A DNA stretch of 64,000 nucleotides from IMG/VR virus record IMGVR_UViG_3300021964_000017; one strand, given 5' to 3'. The notes under the pieces are model-generated. The model ran no database searches. It saw only the letters and a program-made list of their open reading frames with translations, and was not told where the DNA came from. This document shows positions 19,093-28,744 of this stretch, piece by piece. This DNA is from a virus. The position numbers and the translations under genes are program-made. Position 1 is the stretch's first letter. Each line of letters opens with the position of its first letter.

Positions 19093-19376
19093 TAGAAACC
19101 TCCTTGGCCGAACTCTCTGGTGTTTTCAATATAAGTGCCAAGTTCGTTAAAACCTCCAATGAACTTGCCGTTATGCCAAATTGCTGGCACTGTTCTAATA
19201 TTAAGGTTATCAATACTAGCTTTTTCTTTCAACGCATCTAGATTAGCTTTACCTTCAAATCTATCGTCTACTGAATAATAATCAAACTCGAGTGAGTATT
19301 GGCTACACAACTCTTTTGCTTTATCACAGTATTCGCACATCTCTTTTCCGTAGATCTGAAACTTATGTCCATTCAT
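19092..19376 (-). CDS. Glutaredoxin (NrdC-like)
   Basis: CEYC, RTVPAI, IGGFNEL; start ATG 19376 overlaps the phoH stop. Confidence 0.85.
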   Translation of the reverse strand: MNGHKFQIYGKEMCEYCDKAKELCSQYSLEFDYYSVDDRFEGKANLDALKEKASIDNLNIRTVPAIWHNGKFIGGFNELGTYIENTREFGQGGF

Positions 19377-20077
19377 GGTTCTATTCCTAACATCTCTTTC
19401 GTCATTATATAGTCTCTCACAAAATCCGACCGAACGATATCTTCCCAACCAAAATTGATTATCTCAAACTTCTTGAGTTGTTCAACAATTGTCAGAAACT
19501 TAATAATACCATCCTTATCATCTTTGTACTTGAAATCAGATTGCAGATAGTCACCCGCAAAGATAATTCTTGAGTTCTTTCCAACTCGTGTTATGACAGA
19601 GTCCAATTCGTGGAACGAAAGATTCTGCATTTCATCCACTAATATTACAGCATTATCCAAAGTAAGTCCACGGATGAAAGACGTTGATTCAAACTGAATC
19701 TTACCTGCGGTTATAGCTTTGTTCCAGGATGACTTGTCACCAAATAGCTCGTGTGCAATAGCTTTATATGGAGAAGTAAACACATCTTCTTTTTCTTCTT
19801 TGGTACCAGGTAAGAATCCTAAATCTCTTGTGGGCACCATCGAGCGAACAATTACTAAGCGGTCCTGTTCTGTATCTGGTTCTAAGACTTGCTCGAGACC
19901 TAGATACATTCCCAAGAATGTTTTACCGGTTCCCGCAGAACCAGTCAACACCATATTGTAATCATTCTCCCATGCGTCATATACAACCTCTTGATTTTTT
20001 GTAATGGGGTCATGCTCTAACAGATCGTCAATTCTAACCTGTAGTGAGTTGTGCGGTGTTTTATGTCGATTTGCCAT
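19373..20077 (-). CDS. phoH: PhoH-like ATPase
   Basis: GSAGTGKT, LGFLPG, FIRGLT, VDEMQN, IVRS. Confidence 0.93.
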   Translation of the reverse strand: MANRHKTPHNSLQVRIDDLLEHDPITKNQEVVYDAWENDYNMVLTGSAGTGKTFLGMYLGLEQVLEPDTEQDRLVIVRSMVPTRDLGFLPGTKEEKEDVFTSPYKAIAHELFGDKSSWNKAITAGKIQFESTSFIRGLTLDNAVILVDEMQNLSFHELDSVITRVGKNSRIIFAGDYLQSDFKYKDDKDGIIKFLTIVEQLKKFEIINFGWEDIVRSDFVRDYIMTKEMLGIEP

Positions 20078-20307
20078 TAGACGTTAATTGTATTACCTCG
20101 TCCAGAAGTCTTTTTAATTTGCTTCAAATGATCTTTCCAACCATCTGATGTCATGCTAAGTGTTCCTCTCACGTTAGTGACAATTTTTGGTGCAGTGAGG
20201 GCTTGAGTATATTCACCGGTAGCAAGCAACTCTTCTCGTTCAGACATTGACAAGATCATATCTTGCGCTTCGCCAGTTTCTTTGTTTATCATTGTGTAGG
20301 TTGGCAT
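20077..20307 (-). CDS. FmdB-like small protein (Cys-less)
   Basis: MPTY...TGE...GWKD.L..IK pattern typical upstream of phage phoH. Confidence 0.6.
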   Translation of the reverse strand: MPTYTMINKETGEAQDMILSMSEREELLATGEYTQALTAPKIVTNVRGTLSMTSDGWKDHLKQIKKTSGRGNTINV

Positions 20308-20366
20308 TTGGTTTCCTTGGTTGTTGGTGGTCAGCCGTGAAAACTGACCACCGCCACCTCCGTGTG

Positions 20367-20519
20367 TTAGATGTGAACAGCAATTCGTGATTCTAAGAAA
20401 TCAAGTTTCTTTGAGAGTTTTGCTACTAGAGTATCTTTTCCTTTAAGGGAAAGTTCTGAGATATACTCTCGAAGTTCTTGAGAATCTTTTTGAAGTACAG
20501 AAAGCTGAAAATCAGTCAT
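20367..20519 (-). CDS. Small helical protein (50 aa)
   Basis: Hand translation MTDFQLSVLQKDSQELREYI...; AAGGAG RBS. Confidence 0.55.
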   Translation of the reverse strand: MTDFQLSVLQKDSQELREYISELSLKGKDTLVAKLSKKLDFLESRIAVHI

Positions 20520-20546
20520 ACACATCTCCTTGTGTTTTATTTGAGG

Positions 20547-20975
20547 TTAACTAATCAGTCCTGGAAAGGCCTCCTCTACTAATTTCTTAGTAATGCCTTT
20601 AGCCGGCTGCTTTTTTGCCACCATCTTCAATAGAAGTTCGGCATCTTTAGGATGGATTTGTTCGATCAAACGGATAAAGATTTGTTCTCGTTTGAAGGCT
20701 GGTAATGTGTCGCCTGGACCACCCTTAATTAAATCATTAAATTTTCTGGTTTGCTTCAACAAATTTGAAGGAACACTACGCTCTTCTGCCGCCTCAAAAG
20801 GAGGTCTACCCAGTGGGAGGTTCCATTCAATCTTGCTGTGAAAAGTGCCCACGAGAACATCTTTCAATGCTTGGGTCTCATGTTTTTTTAGAACGGCGAT
20901 CTTGTCTTCTCTCGTCTTTGCTTCAGACGCCATTTCAATTACTTCATGCACTCGTCTAGTCACTTGGTGTGCCAT
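20547..20975 (-). CDS. Conserved T4-like hypothetical protein downstream of RNase H
   Basis: LP.G.PPF, KRE.IFI.L.E.IHP.DA, EAFPGL. Confidence 0.7.
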   Translation of the reverse strand: MAHQVTRRVHEVIEMASEAKTREDKIAVLKKHETQALKDVLVGTFHSKIEWNLPLGRPPFEAAEERSVPSNLLKQTRKFNDLIKGGPGDTLPAFKREQIFIRLIEQIHPKDAELLLKMVAKKQPAKGITKKLVEEAFPGLIS

Positions 20976-21817
20976 TATACAAATTCCTCAACATTTTCTA
21001 ATAACATTCTACATCTCTTGTCAATGAGGTAAGGAAGCACTTTACCTCTATCAGCCACTTCTTGTACGTTATAATTATATATAATTTCTTTACGGACGGG
21101 CTCAGGTGTTTCTGATAAATCGATTAACTTTTTATTGCGTAGATAGTTACGATAGACCTCTTCACCCAGCGCTTTAGGATCTTTTGTCAGCTCGTCAATC
21201 TTATTCTGTCGTAAAGGCGTTTGGCGGATACCTTCAACAAAGACACTGTCTCCACTAAGAACATTGGGAACTCCATCGGATGTGTCTCCTTTAAGTATTA
21301 GTTCCATAAGCTGCTTGCGTGGTGTGTCGGTTTTAATAAACTTCTTTTGTACGGGAGAGTACTGAGCGACATTATCATACTTCTGTAGCTGTGCAAAGTC
21401 TTTATCGCCAGAGATAATCATCACCTCCTCATGTTGACCAAACTCTTGAGTCTGTTCAACCAAGACACCGATAATATCATCTGCTTCGCAATCCGCTACC
21501 TCTACTACTTTATACGGGAAGTGTTGTTTAAGCTCTTCTTGGACCATATTGGTAATACGAAACAACTCAGTCCAATCCATACTAGATTCTTTACGGGCGT
21601 CTTTACGCTTAAACTTATAAGGAGGAAATACTTCTTTACGCCAGTTGTTCCAACCATCACAGCAGATAACAACTTCACCATACTTAGCTTTGTTCTTTAC
21701 TCGATGCATTCGAATACTATTAAGGATCATGTGCCGAACCATGTTCTCTTCAACTTCCATCTTCATAGCAACAACATTGCTAATAGCAATTGCATTATAA
21801 TCAATCAGAATCATCAT
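20975..21817 (-). CDS. rnh: T4 RNase H (5'-3' flap nuclease)
   Basis: YK.KR, EADDII, SGDKDFAQL, GD.SDGVPN. Confidence 0.92.
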   Translation of the reverse strand: MMILIDYNAIAISNVVAMKMEVEENMVRHMILNSIRMHRVKNKAKYGEVVICCDGWNNWRKEVFPPYKFKRKDARKESSMDWTELFRITNMVQEELKQHFPYKVVEVADCEADDIIGVLVEQTQEFGQHEEVMIISGDKDFAQLQKYDNVAQYSPVQKKFIKTDTPRKQLMELILKGDTSDGVPNVLSGDSVFVEGIRQTPLRQNKIDELTKDPKALGEEVYRNYLRNKKLIDLSETPEPVRKEIIYNYNVQEVADRGKVLPYLIDKRCRMLLENVEEFV

Positions 21818-22217
21818 TCTTCCTTATATGTTTAGAGTGGATCTTACATCCAATAAACTCATTGTAGTACTCATCGCTGAGCAACACATCATATTGAAAT
21901 TGTAGCTTGGCTTCATAGTAAGAACACTCACCCTTAGTTCTACATAAGTATAGCACATCTCTACGGTAGTTGTCAACACCTTTTTGTTCGACAAGTTGTT
22001 GCACCTCGGTAGATGAGCCATAGTACTTACGCCAATCGCTTTCTACGCGTGTTTTAACGCGTCTCTTGCGGGTCTTAGTCTTGGGGAGGATCTTTGGCTT
22101 CCAGAAGAACTTCTTGCCAATATACTTCTTTCCTGTATCGATTTCGGTTATCATATAGACAAACCCCTGATACTGTTCTGGTGTTTCATCAAACACCTCG
22201 TCATTATAATACCACAT
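21801..22217 (-). CDS. GIY-YIG family protein
   Basis: GFVYMIT..TGKKYIGKK, YYGSS, YYE, YYN. Confidence 0.75.
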   Translation of the reverse strand: MWYYNDEVFDETPEQYQGFVYMITEIDTGKKYIGKKFFWKPKILPKTKTRKRRVKTRVESDWRKYYGSSTEVQQLVEQKGVDNYRRDVLYLCRTKGECSYYEAKLQFQYDVLLSDEYYNEFIGCKIHSKHIRKNDDSD

Positions 22218-22242
22218 AAAAAATAAGCCCTTTCGGACCTAT

Positions 22243-22383
22243 TTAGTCTTCATCTTCCATTAGCTCATATGAGGTTGGATATCCACACATTGGACAGTTC
22301 TGAGGTACCTCATCATTATCAATAACCATTACCTGTGTTTCTGTATCGCAGGCGACACAGTCTGTCCAATATTCTTCTTCCAT
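22243..22383 (-). CDS. Small acidic zinc-ribbon/rubredoxin-like protein (46 aa)
   Basis: Hand translation MEEEYWTDCVACD...NCPMCGY...EDED; AGGAG RBS. Confidence 0.65.
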   Translation of the reverse strand: MEEEYWTDCVACDTETQVMVIDNDEVPQNCPMCGYPTSYELMEDED

Positions 22384-22433
22384 GTGCTTTGTCTCCTACA
22401 TACACAAATCTTCGTACCTAGAGGTATATAGGC

Positions 22434-22456
22434 GGTGGCGACTTTTGTCGCCACCC
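22434..22456 (-). terminator. Hairpin after nrdJ
   Basis: GGTGGCGAC-4 nt-GTCGCCACC inverted repeat; weak U-tract. Confidence 0.5.
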
Positions 22457-22474
22457 CTATGTGATGTGAAGTAA

Positions 22475-24703
22475 CTAAAAAGTAATCTCACATGCGCCCC
22501 CTTGACACGCTACGGCGCCCATTGTATCAATCTCTGTAAAACGCTTCTCATCCAGTTCGTCAACAAAGTCAATAGAGTTAATGTTCTGTTGAATCTTTGT
22601 CCACTTATGAAGGAGGAATACATCTTTGAGACAATACTCTGCTTCTTTGAGATCATTCATAAAATAGTTATCAGCAAACTTATTGAATCGACGAATCCAC
22701 TCAGCGCGTAGATCTGATACTTCACCTTGATATTCTGGTGGTGTCTGAGCGATCATTGTAGCTTCCCACAAATCACGGAACCCTTGCTTACGTGTATCAA
22801 CAATCAAACCAGATGCAAACAAAGCGGCCTTACCATACTTGGATACAATCTGACTCTCAGTAAGTACTTCTGTCATTGGAGCCTGGGCAAAGTCTTTATC
22901 ACCAGAACCTGCCAAGAAACTAATACCAGCAAATGAATGACGGTTTTCGTACACATAGTCTTCTACTTGTGTCCACTGATGTGGCATGACAGTAACAGTG
23001 TTAGACACGTTGTGACGGGTCTTTGGATTGGCACACAACTCATAGTTGGTCCCAGCTTCTACCCAGTTATTCTGTACCAATGATACCTTTTCCAACAAGT
23101 CTGTTGCATATAGGTCTTCACGATACAATGAATTCTCGGGTGAGATAACAGGGAAGCCAATACAATAGTCAGTACCATTAGCTGACCACACTGACTCTTC
23201 TACCATGTATGGATTAGTCTTAGCAATCAGCTGAGCAACCTCGGTATCTTTGTTTAATTGAATATGACGCAGATAACGAGCAGAATGCTCACCATGTATA
23301 CCAGACGCCGTCTGGAGAAGTACGGAAGCGTTTCCAGACGGTTTAACGCACGTTGTTCGAGCGGCCGGATTAATTCCGATAAGTTCCGCAACTTGTTTAT
23401 TAACTTGTTTAACAATTTCAGCTCCTTCTTTTTGAACTTCTACATCGAGAAGAACATCTGGGTTATTCATCCAGCCTGTCACGGAAACCCCTAATAGTGC
23501 TTCGCGCTCAAAGATCTTCTTTGATGTATCCGTTAGATATTTAAAGTCTGTATAGCCAGCCTGCAGTGTACCCATAATAGCACCTGCGCGACAAGCCTTG
23601 AAAAACTCTTCTTTTGATGTACACTTAGATCCGTTGATCTCTGTGAGGTTACACCCCTGCCAACCAGACTCACCATCTAGCTGTGGGAACATACCAATTT
23701 CAACACAAGGGTTGGTTGTGATGTCTTTATCATCTACAAAGAAGAACCCTGGCTCTCCAAACTCTTTGATAGATTTCATCACATTGGAGAACTCTTCTTT
23801 TGTAACTTCATCACGAACAATAACAGCTGAGTTATTGGAACGGCCACGCTGTGGATTGTCGACAAACCAGTTCCCTGTCTTTGCTTTCAACATCTCTTCA
23901 TCATCTTTCGAGAACAAACAGATTGTTGCAGAACGACGAACACCACCAGCAAGTACAGCATCAGCTGCATGCATAGCAATATCATAGATGTCGATAGGAC
24001 GCAGACGAGTTTCACCTTTCAGCACACGCGATTGAATTAGATGCTCAATCTTATCCAACGAACGACGAAGTGGTTCTGGCCCTGGTGCTTTAAAGCCACC
24101 ATTGATCATTGCGCCCTTTGGACGGACTTGGTTAAGGTCAAAGTAAACCTTACGACCAGCCATCTCTGGCATCTGTTGATCGCTGGTAAAGTATGATGAC
24201 ATCAACGCACCTAGTGCATCTGCCCAACCTTCTACCGAGTCTTCTACTACCCAGCCTTTAGCTTGCTTCTTACGTTCAGCAATGCTGGGCATCTTATCTG
24301 CATGATGCTTCTGCACAGAGAATCCTGCACCAGCACCGCATAAGAGCACGTAAAACAGCTCAGAGAAGAACCTTGGACGGTCTGCATAGGTAGAGGTGCA
24401 GTTGTACATTCTCATCATGTGTTTTAGTAGCTGATCGCCACCAAACTGCAATGCACGTTGTGCTCCTAGAGCATACTTCAGCTTATATGAAGACTCAGCT
24501 TCATCAATCAATAGCTGCAGCTCTGGAGTCATTTTTTCTGTATAGAAGTCACGATGCATGTCCATTACGCGTGATACTGATTCGTCCCACATCTCATAGC
24601 GGCCCTTTTCATCATCCCATCTGGAATAGCCTTCATAGAATTTAGTTTGGGACATCAGGTCTCTTGTGTCCCTTTCCCGATTAGTTGGAACTGGTTTTAG
24701 CAT
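22475..24703 (-). CDS. nrdJ: Class II (adenosylcobalamin-dependent) ribonucleotide reductase
   Basis: YNC, GGVRRSA, TNPCVE, CNLTE, VKPSG, C-terminal CQGGACE; no beta subunit adjacent; start at ATG 24703 after GAGGTG. Confidence 0.85.
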   Translation of the reverse strand: MLKPVPTNRERDTRDLMSQTKFYEGYSRWDDEKGRYEMWDESVSRVMDMHRDFYTEKMTPELQLLIDEAESSYKLKYALGAQRALQFGGDQLLKHMMRMYNCTSTYADRPRFFSELFYVLLCGAGAGFSVQKHHADKMPSIAERKKQAKGWVVEDSVEGWADALGALMSSYFTSDQQMPEMAGRKVYFDLNQVRPKGAMINGGFKAPGPEPLRRSLDKIEHLIQSRVLKGETRLRPIDIYDIAMHAADAVLAGGVRRSATICLFSKDDEEMLKAKTGNWFVDNPQRGRSNNSAVIVRDEVTKEEFSNVMKSIKEFGEPGFFFVDDKDITTNPCVEIGMFPQLDGESGWQGCNLTEINGSKCTSKEEFFKACRAGAIMGTLQAGYTDFKYLTDTSKKIFEREALLGVSVTGWMNNPDVLLDVEVQKEGAEIVKQVNKQVAELIGINPAARTTCVKPSGNASVLLQTASGIHGEHSARYLRHIQLNKDTEVAQLIAKTNPYMVEESVWSANGTDYCIGFPVISPENSLYREDLYATDLLEKVSLVQNNWVEAGTNYELCANPKTRHNVSNTVTVMPHQWTQVEDYVYENRHSFAGISFLAGSGDKDFAQAPMTEVLTESQIVSKYGKAALFASGLIVDTRKQGFRDLWEATMIAQTPPEYQGEVSDLRAEWIRRFNKFADNYFMNDLKEAEYCLKDVFLLHKWTKIQQNINSIDFVDELDEKRFTEIDTMGAVACQGGACEITF

Positions 24704-24782
24704 CGTGCACCTCGTTGGAATATATGTATGGATGTCCATGACTGTATGCCATAGATCTATTGTTTTATTGTTTGTTGGTAGC

Positions 24783-24811
24783 ATTATATAGGATTTTCCC
24801 AAACTGGTAAA
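24783..24811 (-). promoter_or_regulatory. Sigma70-type promoter for nrdJ (TTTACC-17-TATAAT)
   Basis: Spacing and consensus. Confidence 0.6.
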
Positions 24812-24847
24812 CGCGGGGAAACGCCTATATTTAAAATATATATTTTT

Positions 24848-25285
24848 TTATTTTTCTTCGGGAGATGGCTTGGGCTCATCTGGTGTTAGAGCTTCTTCAT
24901 AGTATGCAATAATGGCCTGTTGGTCTTTCACATACCTACGAAGATCAGCAATACCAATTGCCAAGTTCTCGTACCCCTTAGGAGTAATTGAAAACAAAAC
25001 TACATTGCCAGTCTTAGTGTCAATCTCGGCTAGCTTCTCTTCTAAATTCTCTTCAGTAATAACAAACCAATCAACCGGAGGAAAATCTACAGCCTTCGGT
25101 CTTTCCTGAAGTGGAATGTTCTGTTCTTGGTACTCAGTTGCTACTACTACTGTCGGTTCCGGTGGTCTCCCCAGACATCCCGCCAGCAGGATTGGTGTCG
25201 TCAGAAGGAGGAGTAGTTTCGTCTTGGATCCGCCCAATAAGTTTGTTGACAGCATTGTTGACTCTGTCTTCAAGTCCTTGCGCAT
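24848..25285 (-). CDS. Outer-membrane spanin (o-spanin lipoprotein); true start uncertain
   Basis: Lipobox LLAG-C and Pro-rich region; overlaps the 3' end of the i-spanin gene. Confidence 0.7.
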   Translation of the reverse strand: MRKDLKTESTMLSTNLLGGSKTKLLLLLTTPILLAGCLGRPPEPTVVVATEYQEQNIPLQERPKAVDFPPVDWFVITEENLEEKLAEIDTKTGNVVLFSITPKGYENLAIGIADLRRYVKDQQAIIAYYEEALTPDEPKPSPEEK

Positions 25286-25583
25286 TTGTTAATGCCTCCA
25301 TTGTCAAGTCGATTTTAGCAAACACACCTCTTAGCTTATCAAGATGTTCTTGTGATTGCTGCAATCTTTTGGTTAAATCATTATTTAGTTGTTCATTCTT
25401 TTTTGCATCAGCAGTAATCTTCTCTACAGTCGCCTGGAGTGTTTCTGTTGCTGTTACCAATTTAACATTGTTTTCTCTCAATGTCCCAATTGTTTCCTGT
25501 GACCACATATAATAACTGTATCCAGCATACCCCACGCCAGACATCAAAGATACAAGAAACAGGAATAAGTATACCTTAGCCAT
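25134..25583 (-). CDS. Inner-membrane spanin (i-spanin)
   Basis: N-terminal TM plus long coiled coil; Rz/Rz1-type overlap. Confidence 0.7.
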   Translation of the reverse strand: MAKVYLFLFLVSLMSGVGYAGYSYYMWSQETIGTLRENNVKLVTATETLQATVEKITADAKKNEQLNNDLTKRLQQSQEHLDKLRGVFAKIDLTMEALTNAQGLEDRVNNAVNKLIGRIQDETTPPSDDTNPAGGMSGETTGTDSSSSN

Positions 25584-26130
25584 TTTCTTCCATATGCTTT
25601 CTGAATCGTTTTAACAATACAGGAAGTTTATTCTTCTTCCGTCTACGATCCGTTACGTTAATTTCTTTAGGTCTTTTACCCATGACTGTAGTAGCTGGAT
25701 TAGGAATAGATCCTGTATTCACGGCTGCTACATCTTCGTTCTTTTGTTTACCTTTACGCATATTAATCTGCCAATGTGCTAGTTGTTTCTTACGCTTACT
25801 TGTAGAAGCTGATGATCTAATCTTTTTAAGAGTTGAGATAGAGGCTTTCTTTGGAATACCATGTCTAGCACTATCACCTTTGTCTTGAGGATTGCGGCCG
25901 TCTTGAAAGTTTTCATCTAATTTATCCATAACAAGTTCTTTTGCATACCCTTTGCCTTGAACTGTATTATCCCACTCCCAGTCACGTCTACGCTTATCCC
26001 ACATCATAATCTTATACTCACCTCTATGACGCTCGTTGTGATCCAAAGCCTTCTCAATCTTATATCGTTGACCTTTTATTGTAACTTCTACTTCACCATT
26101 ATTTCCAGCTTTTTTCCATCTAGGGGTCAT
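25576..26130 (-). CDS. Basic modular late protein (probable internal head protein)
   Basis: Modules separated by LDE and KNE sites. Confidence 0.5.
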   Translation of the reverse strand: MTPRWKKAGNNGEVEVTIKGQRYKIEKALDHNERHRGEYKIMMWDKRRRDWEWDNTVQGKGYAKELVMDKLDENFQDGRNPQDKGDSARHGIPKKASISTLKKIRSSASTSKRKKQLAHWQINMRKGKQKNEDVAAVNTGSIPNPATTVMGKRPKEINVTDRRRKKNKLPVLLKRFRKHMEENG

Positions 26131-27435
26131 ACCAATAGTTCCTCTACAGAAACATAAACCTTTTGATTTGTGTTGCGATGTGTCATCTCATATATCTGAA
26201 CACCAAAAATCTCGCCAACTGGATAACAATGCTCATCAGCAATAACCGTGTCTTTTTTGTTAACCATTTCATCCATCGATGAATTAAGAACTTTTGCGGT
26301 TGATACTTTATATGATCCTGGAGACAACCTACCATCTTCCAGTATAAACCACTGAGAGCTTTCTGTCAACAGATCTAAGTGATCAACACCAGCTTCTGTC
26401 AATGCTTCTATAATCTTTTTCTCAGATACACTAAACTGCTCTTTAATTAGATATAGAGCACTAACATAAGATCCTAACTTACCACCTGGGATCAGCTTCT
26501 TGATATTATACACCAATCTGTGGAATGGAGTATATGCATTGCGCTCTTCTGAACTATTAGGTCGTTGAATACGTTTACCATCTTTATCAATAATGCCTAG
26601 CTTAAACGCTTCCGTATCCTTAAAGTCTGTTACCAGCAACTTTAAGAATCTAAAAGTATATACTAGATCACCAGCGCGTTTAATGATACCCATCATATGT
26701 TCCTTAATGCGGCAGCTACAGTTGGGTCTATATCTATGTCCCCCTCTACAGCTTTTAGAAATACTAGAAATGGATTAATTATATTCCAATGGCTCTCCAG
26801 TAGCTTTAATTCCAGTATGTTTAACCCAGCTTCGATACCAAAGACATTGAATATAACTATCAAATGATTGAGAACAAGTCTCTCAGACAGCTTACCCGTT
26901 TCTAGATAACGATTCAACAATCTTTTAATATACTTGAACCTCTTCAGATCCTCTTGAAACTCCTCCGCATCAATATACTTTGGATTATAATAATGCTTTG
27001 CAGCATAGAGATGTAGGTTTTCTTCAGTTAATTTTAGCATGATTACCTCAGCAGAAGTCTTTACTCCTATTTAGAGGTAATAATACTCTTCATCTGTTCA
27101 ATTAAAGTGTTTTTAGTTTGACGACGATCAAGCTCTACACCATGTTCCCTACCAAGTGCTTCTAACTGTCTCTTTGACATTGATTCAAGATCTGTATCTT
27201 GAGAAGCCTCCTGTTGTTCAAATCTAATCGTCTCAGCTTCAAGTTTACCTTCTGTGATAAGATCAGTCAAATCATTCATTGGAGCTGTGGTGGCTGTATC
27301 CTTCTCTGCCCAGAAACCGTCAATCTCTTCCTGAGTAAATCGTTTGTTCAAAAGAATTTCATTTGTAGCCCAATGCTTCCAACCACTTGCAACTGGAACT
27401 GCCTTGGAGCACCACGAAGGAGGTTTAACAGCCAT
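26127..27435 (-). CDS. Three conserved T4-like late hypothetical genes (26127-26696, 26693-27040, 27067-27435)
   Basis: AFKLGIID.DG..HRLVYNIK; HYYNP..F.EDL.RFKYIKRL; SAP/Rho_N-like tail GVELDRR. Confidence 0.65.
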
Positions 27436-27437
27436 GT

Positions 27438-28139
27438 CTAGTTTCCTTTCATTTTAGCAGGGTTAATAACTGACTTGTCACCTTTCATATTGTCATTAGG
27501 ACGAGCTTTGCGAGCTGGTCCAGCGCGACCTGCTTTAGAGACGTCATCATGACCTTTTTCTTCCGTATCATCCATTTTAGCGCCAGCTTCCATATCAGCT
27601 TTTGCTTTCTTAGCTGTAGGAGACAACCCTTCGCCCGCTGGGCTACCTGGGTTAGCTTTGTCATCATGTTTTCTAGCTTCAAGAATACGTGCATATACAG
27701 ATGGAATAGTGCTTTCCATTTGGTCAGCATTTTGAATTGATGCCTTATCTTTTTTCTTAGTTGGATTCATTTCTACTTCATCATCTTTTTTTATAGCTTT
27801 CGAAACCGCTTTACGGCGGTTGTGAAGATACTCGTCGGAAGAATCTGTGTCACCGTCATTGTCGATATCTTTATCGTCGCGATCAGCATGCTTGCCTTTA
27901 AGCTCTTTTTTATCAACAGGGTCCATTTTAGAATTGTATAGTCCCTTTTTCATTTTCTCTTTGGAAGACATTTCTGTCTTCTCTTTATCTTTGTCCCAAG
28001 GAGCCTTAGGAAGCGTTACTGCTGCCTTACCTTTCTCAGAACTAGCCGCAGCTTTCGCCAATGCTTTTTTGTTTGCCATTTGTTGGTTTTCGTTGACTTG
28101 TGCATATGCTTCAGCCAACTTTGCTGTGATATTGCTCAT
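27438..28139 (-). CDS. Charged internal head / prohead core-like protein
   Basis: LAEAY..VNE site; DIDNDGDTDSSDEYL.NRRKA motif. Confidence 0.55.
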   Translation of the reverse strand: MSNITAKLAEAYAQVNENQQMANKKALAKAAASSEKGKAAVTLPKAPWDKDKEKTEMSSKEKMKKGLYNSKMDPVDKKELKGKHADRDDKDIDNDGDTDSSDEYLHNRRKAVSKAIKKDDEVEMNPTKKKDKASIQNADQMESTIPSVYARILEARKHDDKANPGSPAGEGLSPTAKKAKADMEAGAKMDDTEEKGHDDVSKAGRAGPARKARPNDNMKGDKSVINPAKMKGN

Positions 28140-28150
28140 GTGTATTCTCC

Positions 28151-28429
28151 TTACATCCAAAGTTGAGCTGCAATTGATCCTGCAATAGCAACAACTGCTA
28201 CCCAGAATAGTTTATTAATTACTTTTACCGTATGTGCATTGTCTTCAACTTTACGATCAATTTCGTCTAGTTTCTGAGATAGTCTATTGACACGTTCATA
28301 CATTTTTTCATGATCATCTTTTAGTCCCGCCATTTTTTCTTCTGCTCTGGCCAAAGATACCATTGCATCAGCTAGTCTATCTAGCTTTTCCTCAATTCTT
28401 AGTAGGCGCGTGTTGGTTGTCTCTGCCAT
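28151..28429 (-). CDS. Coiled-coil protein with C-terminal TM helix
   Basis: RL.RIEEKLD.L..AMV.LARAEE. Confidence 0.6.
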   Translation of the reverse strand: MAETTNTRLLRIEEKLDRLADAMVSLARAEEKMAGLKDDHEKMYERVNRLSQKLDEIDRKVEDNAHTVKVINKLFWVAVVAIAGSIAAQLWM

Positions 28430-28435
28430 TTGTAT

Positions 28436-28744
28436 TTACCACTTTTCCTTATTTGCCCAATACGCAGCCGATGTTTTACCCTTTGCAATATTTTTAGCAT
28501 GTCTAGCTTTAAACGATGACCGCTTCTTCTTCATGCGATCTGATTCACCTTTTTTAGGGTCCCCTGCCGTTGATGCACCTTGCTCACCAAAACGAATAGT
28601 CTTTACTTTACCCCCATCTTTGACAACCACGATGTGGCTTTTCTTAGGATGGCTTGGAGTTCTTTTAGGTTTACTAAAACCAGATACACCAGCCCTTTTT
28701 AGAGCTGGATGCTTTTCTTCGGAAAAAGTCTTGAACGTAATCAT
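28436..28744 (-). CDS. Basic internal head protein
   Basis: CTS-like MITFKTFSEE; IRFGEQG..R.SFKARH..SAAYWA. Confidence 0.6.
   Translation of the reverse strand: MITFKTFSEEKHPALKRAGVSGFSKPKRTPSHPKKSHIVVVKDGGKVKTIRFGEQGASTAGDPKKGESDRMKKKRSSFKARHAKNIAKGKTSAAYWANKEKW

Noticed and set aside
24704-24802. N-terminal extension of RNR, cobalamin riboswitch or NrdR boxes
   Set aside because: The extension overlaps the promoter and a better RBS precedes ATG 24703. There is no B12-box, and only weak NrdR-like similarity.
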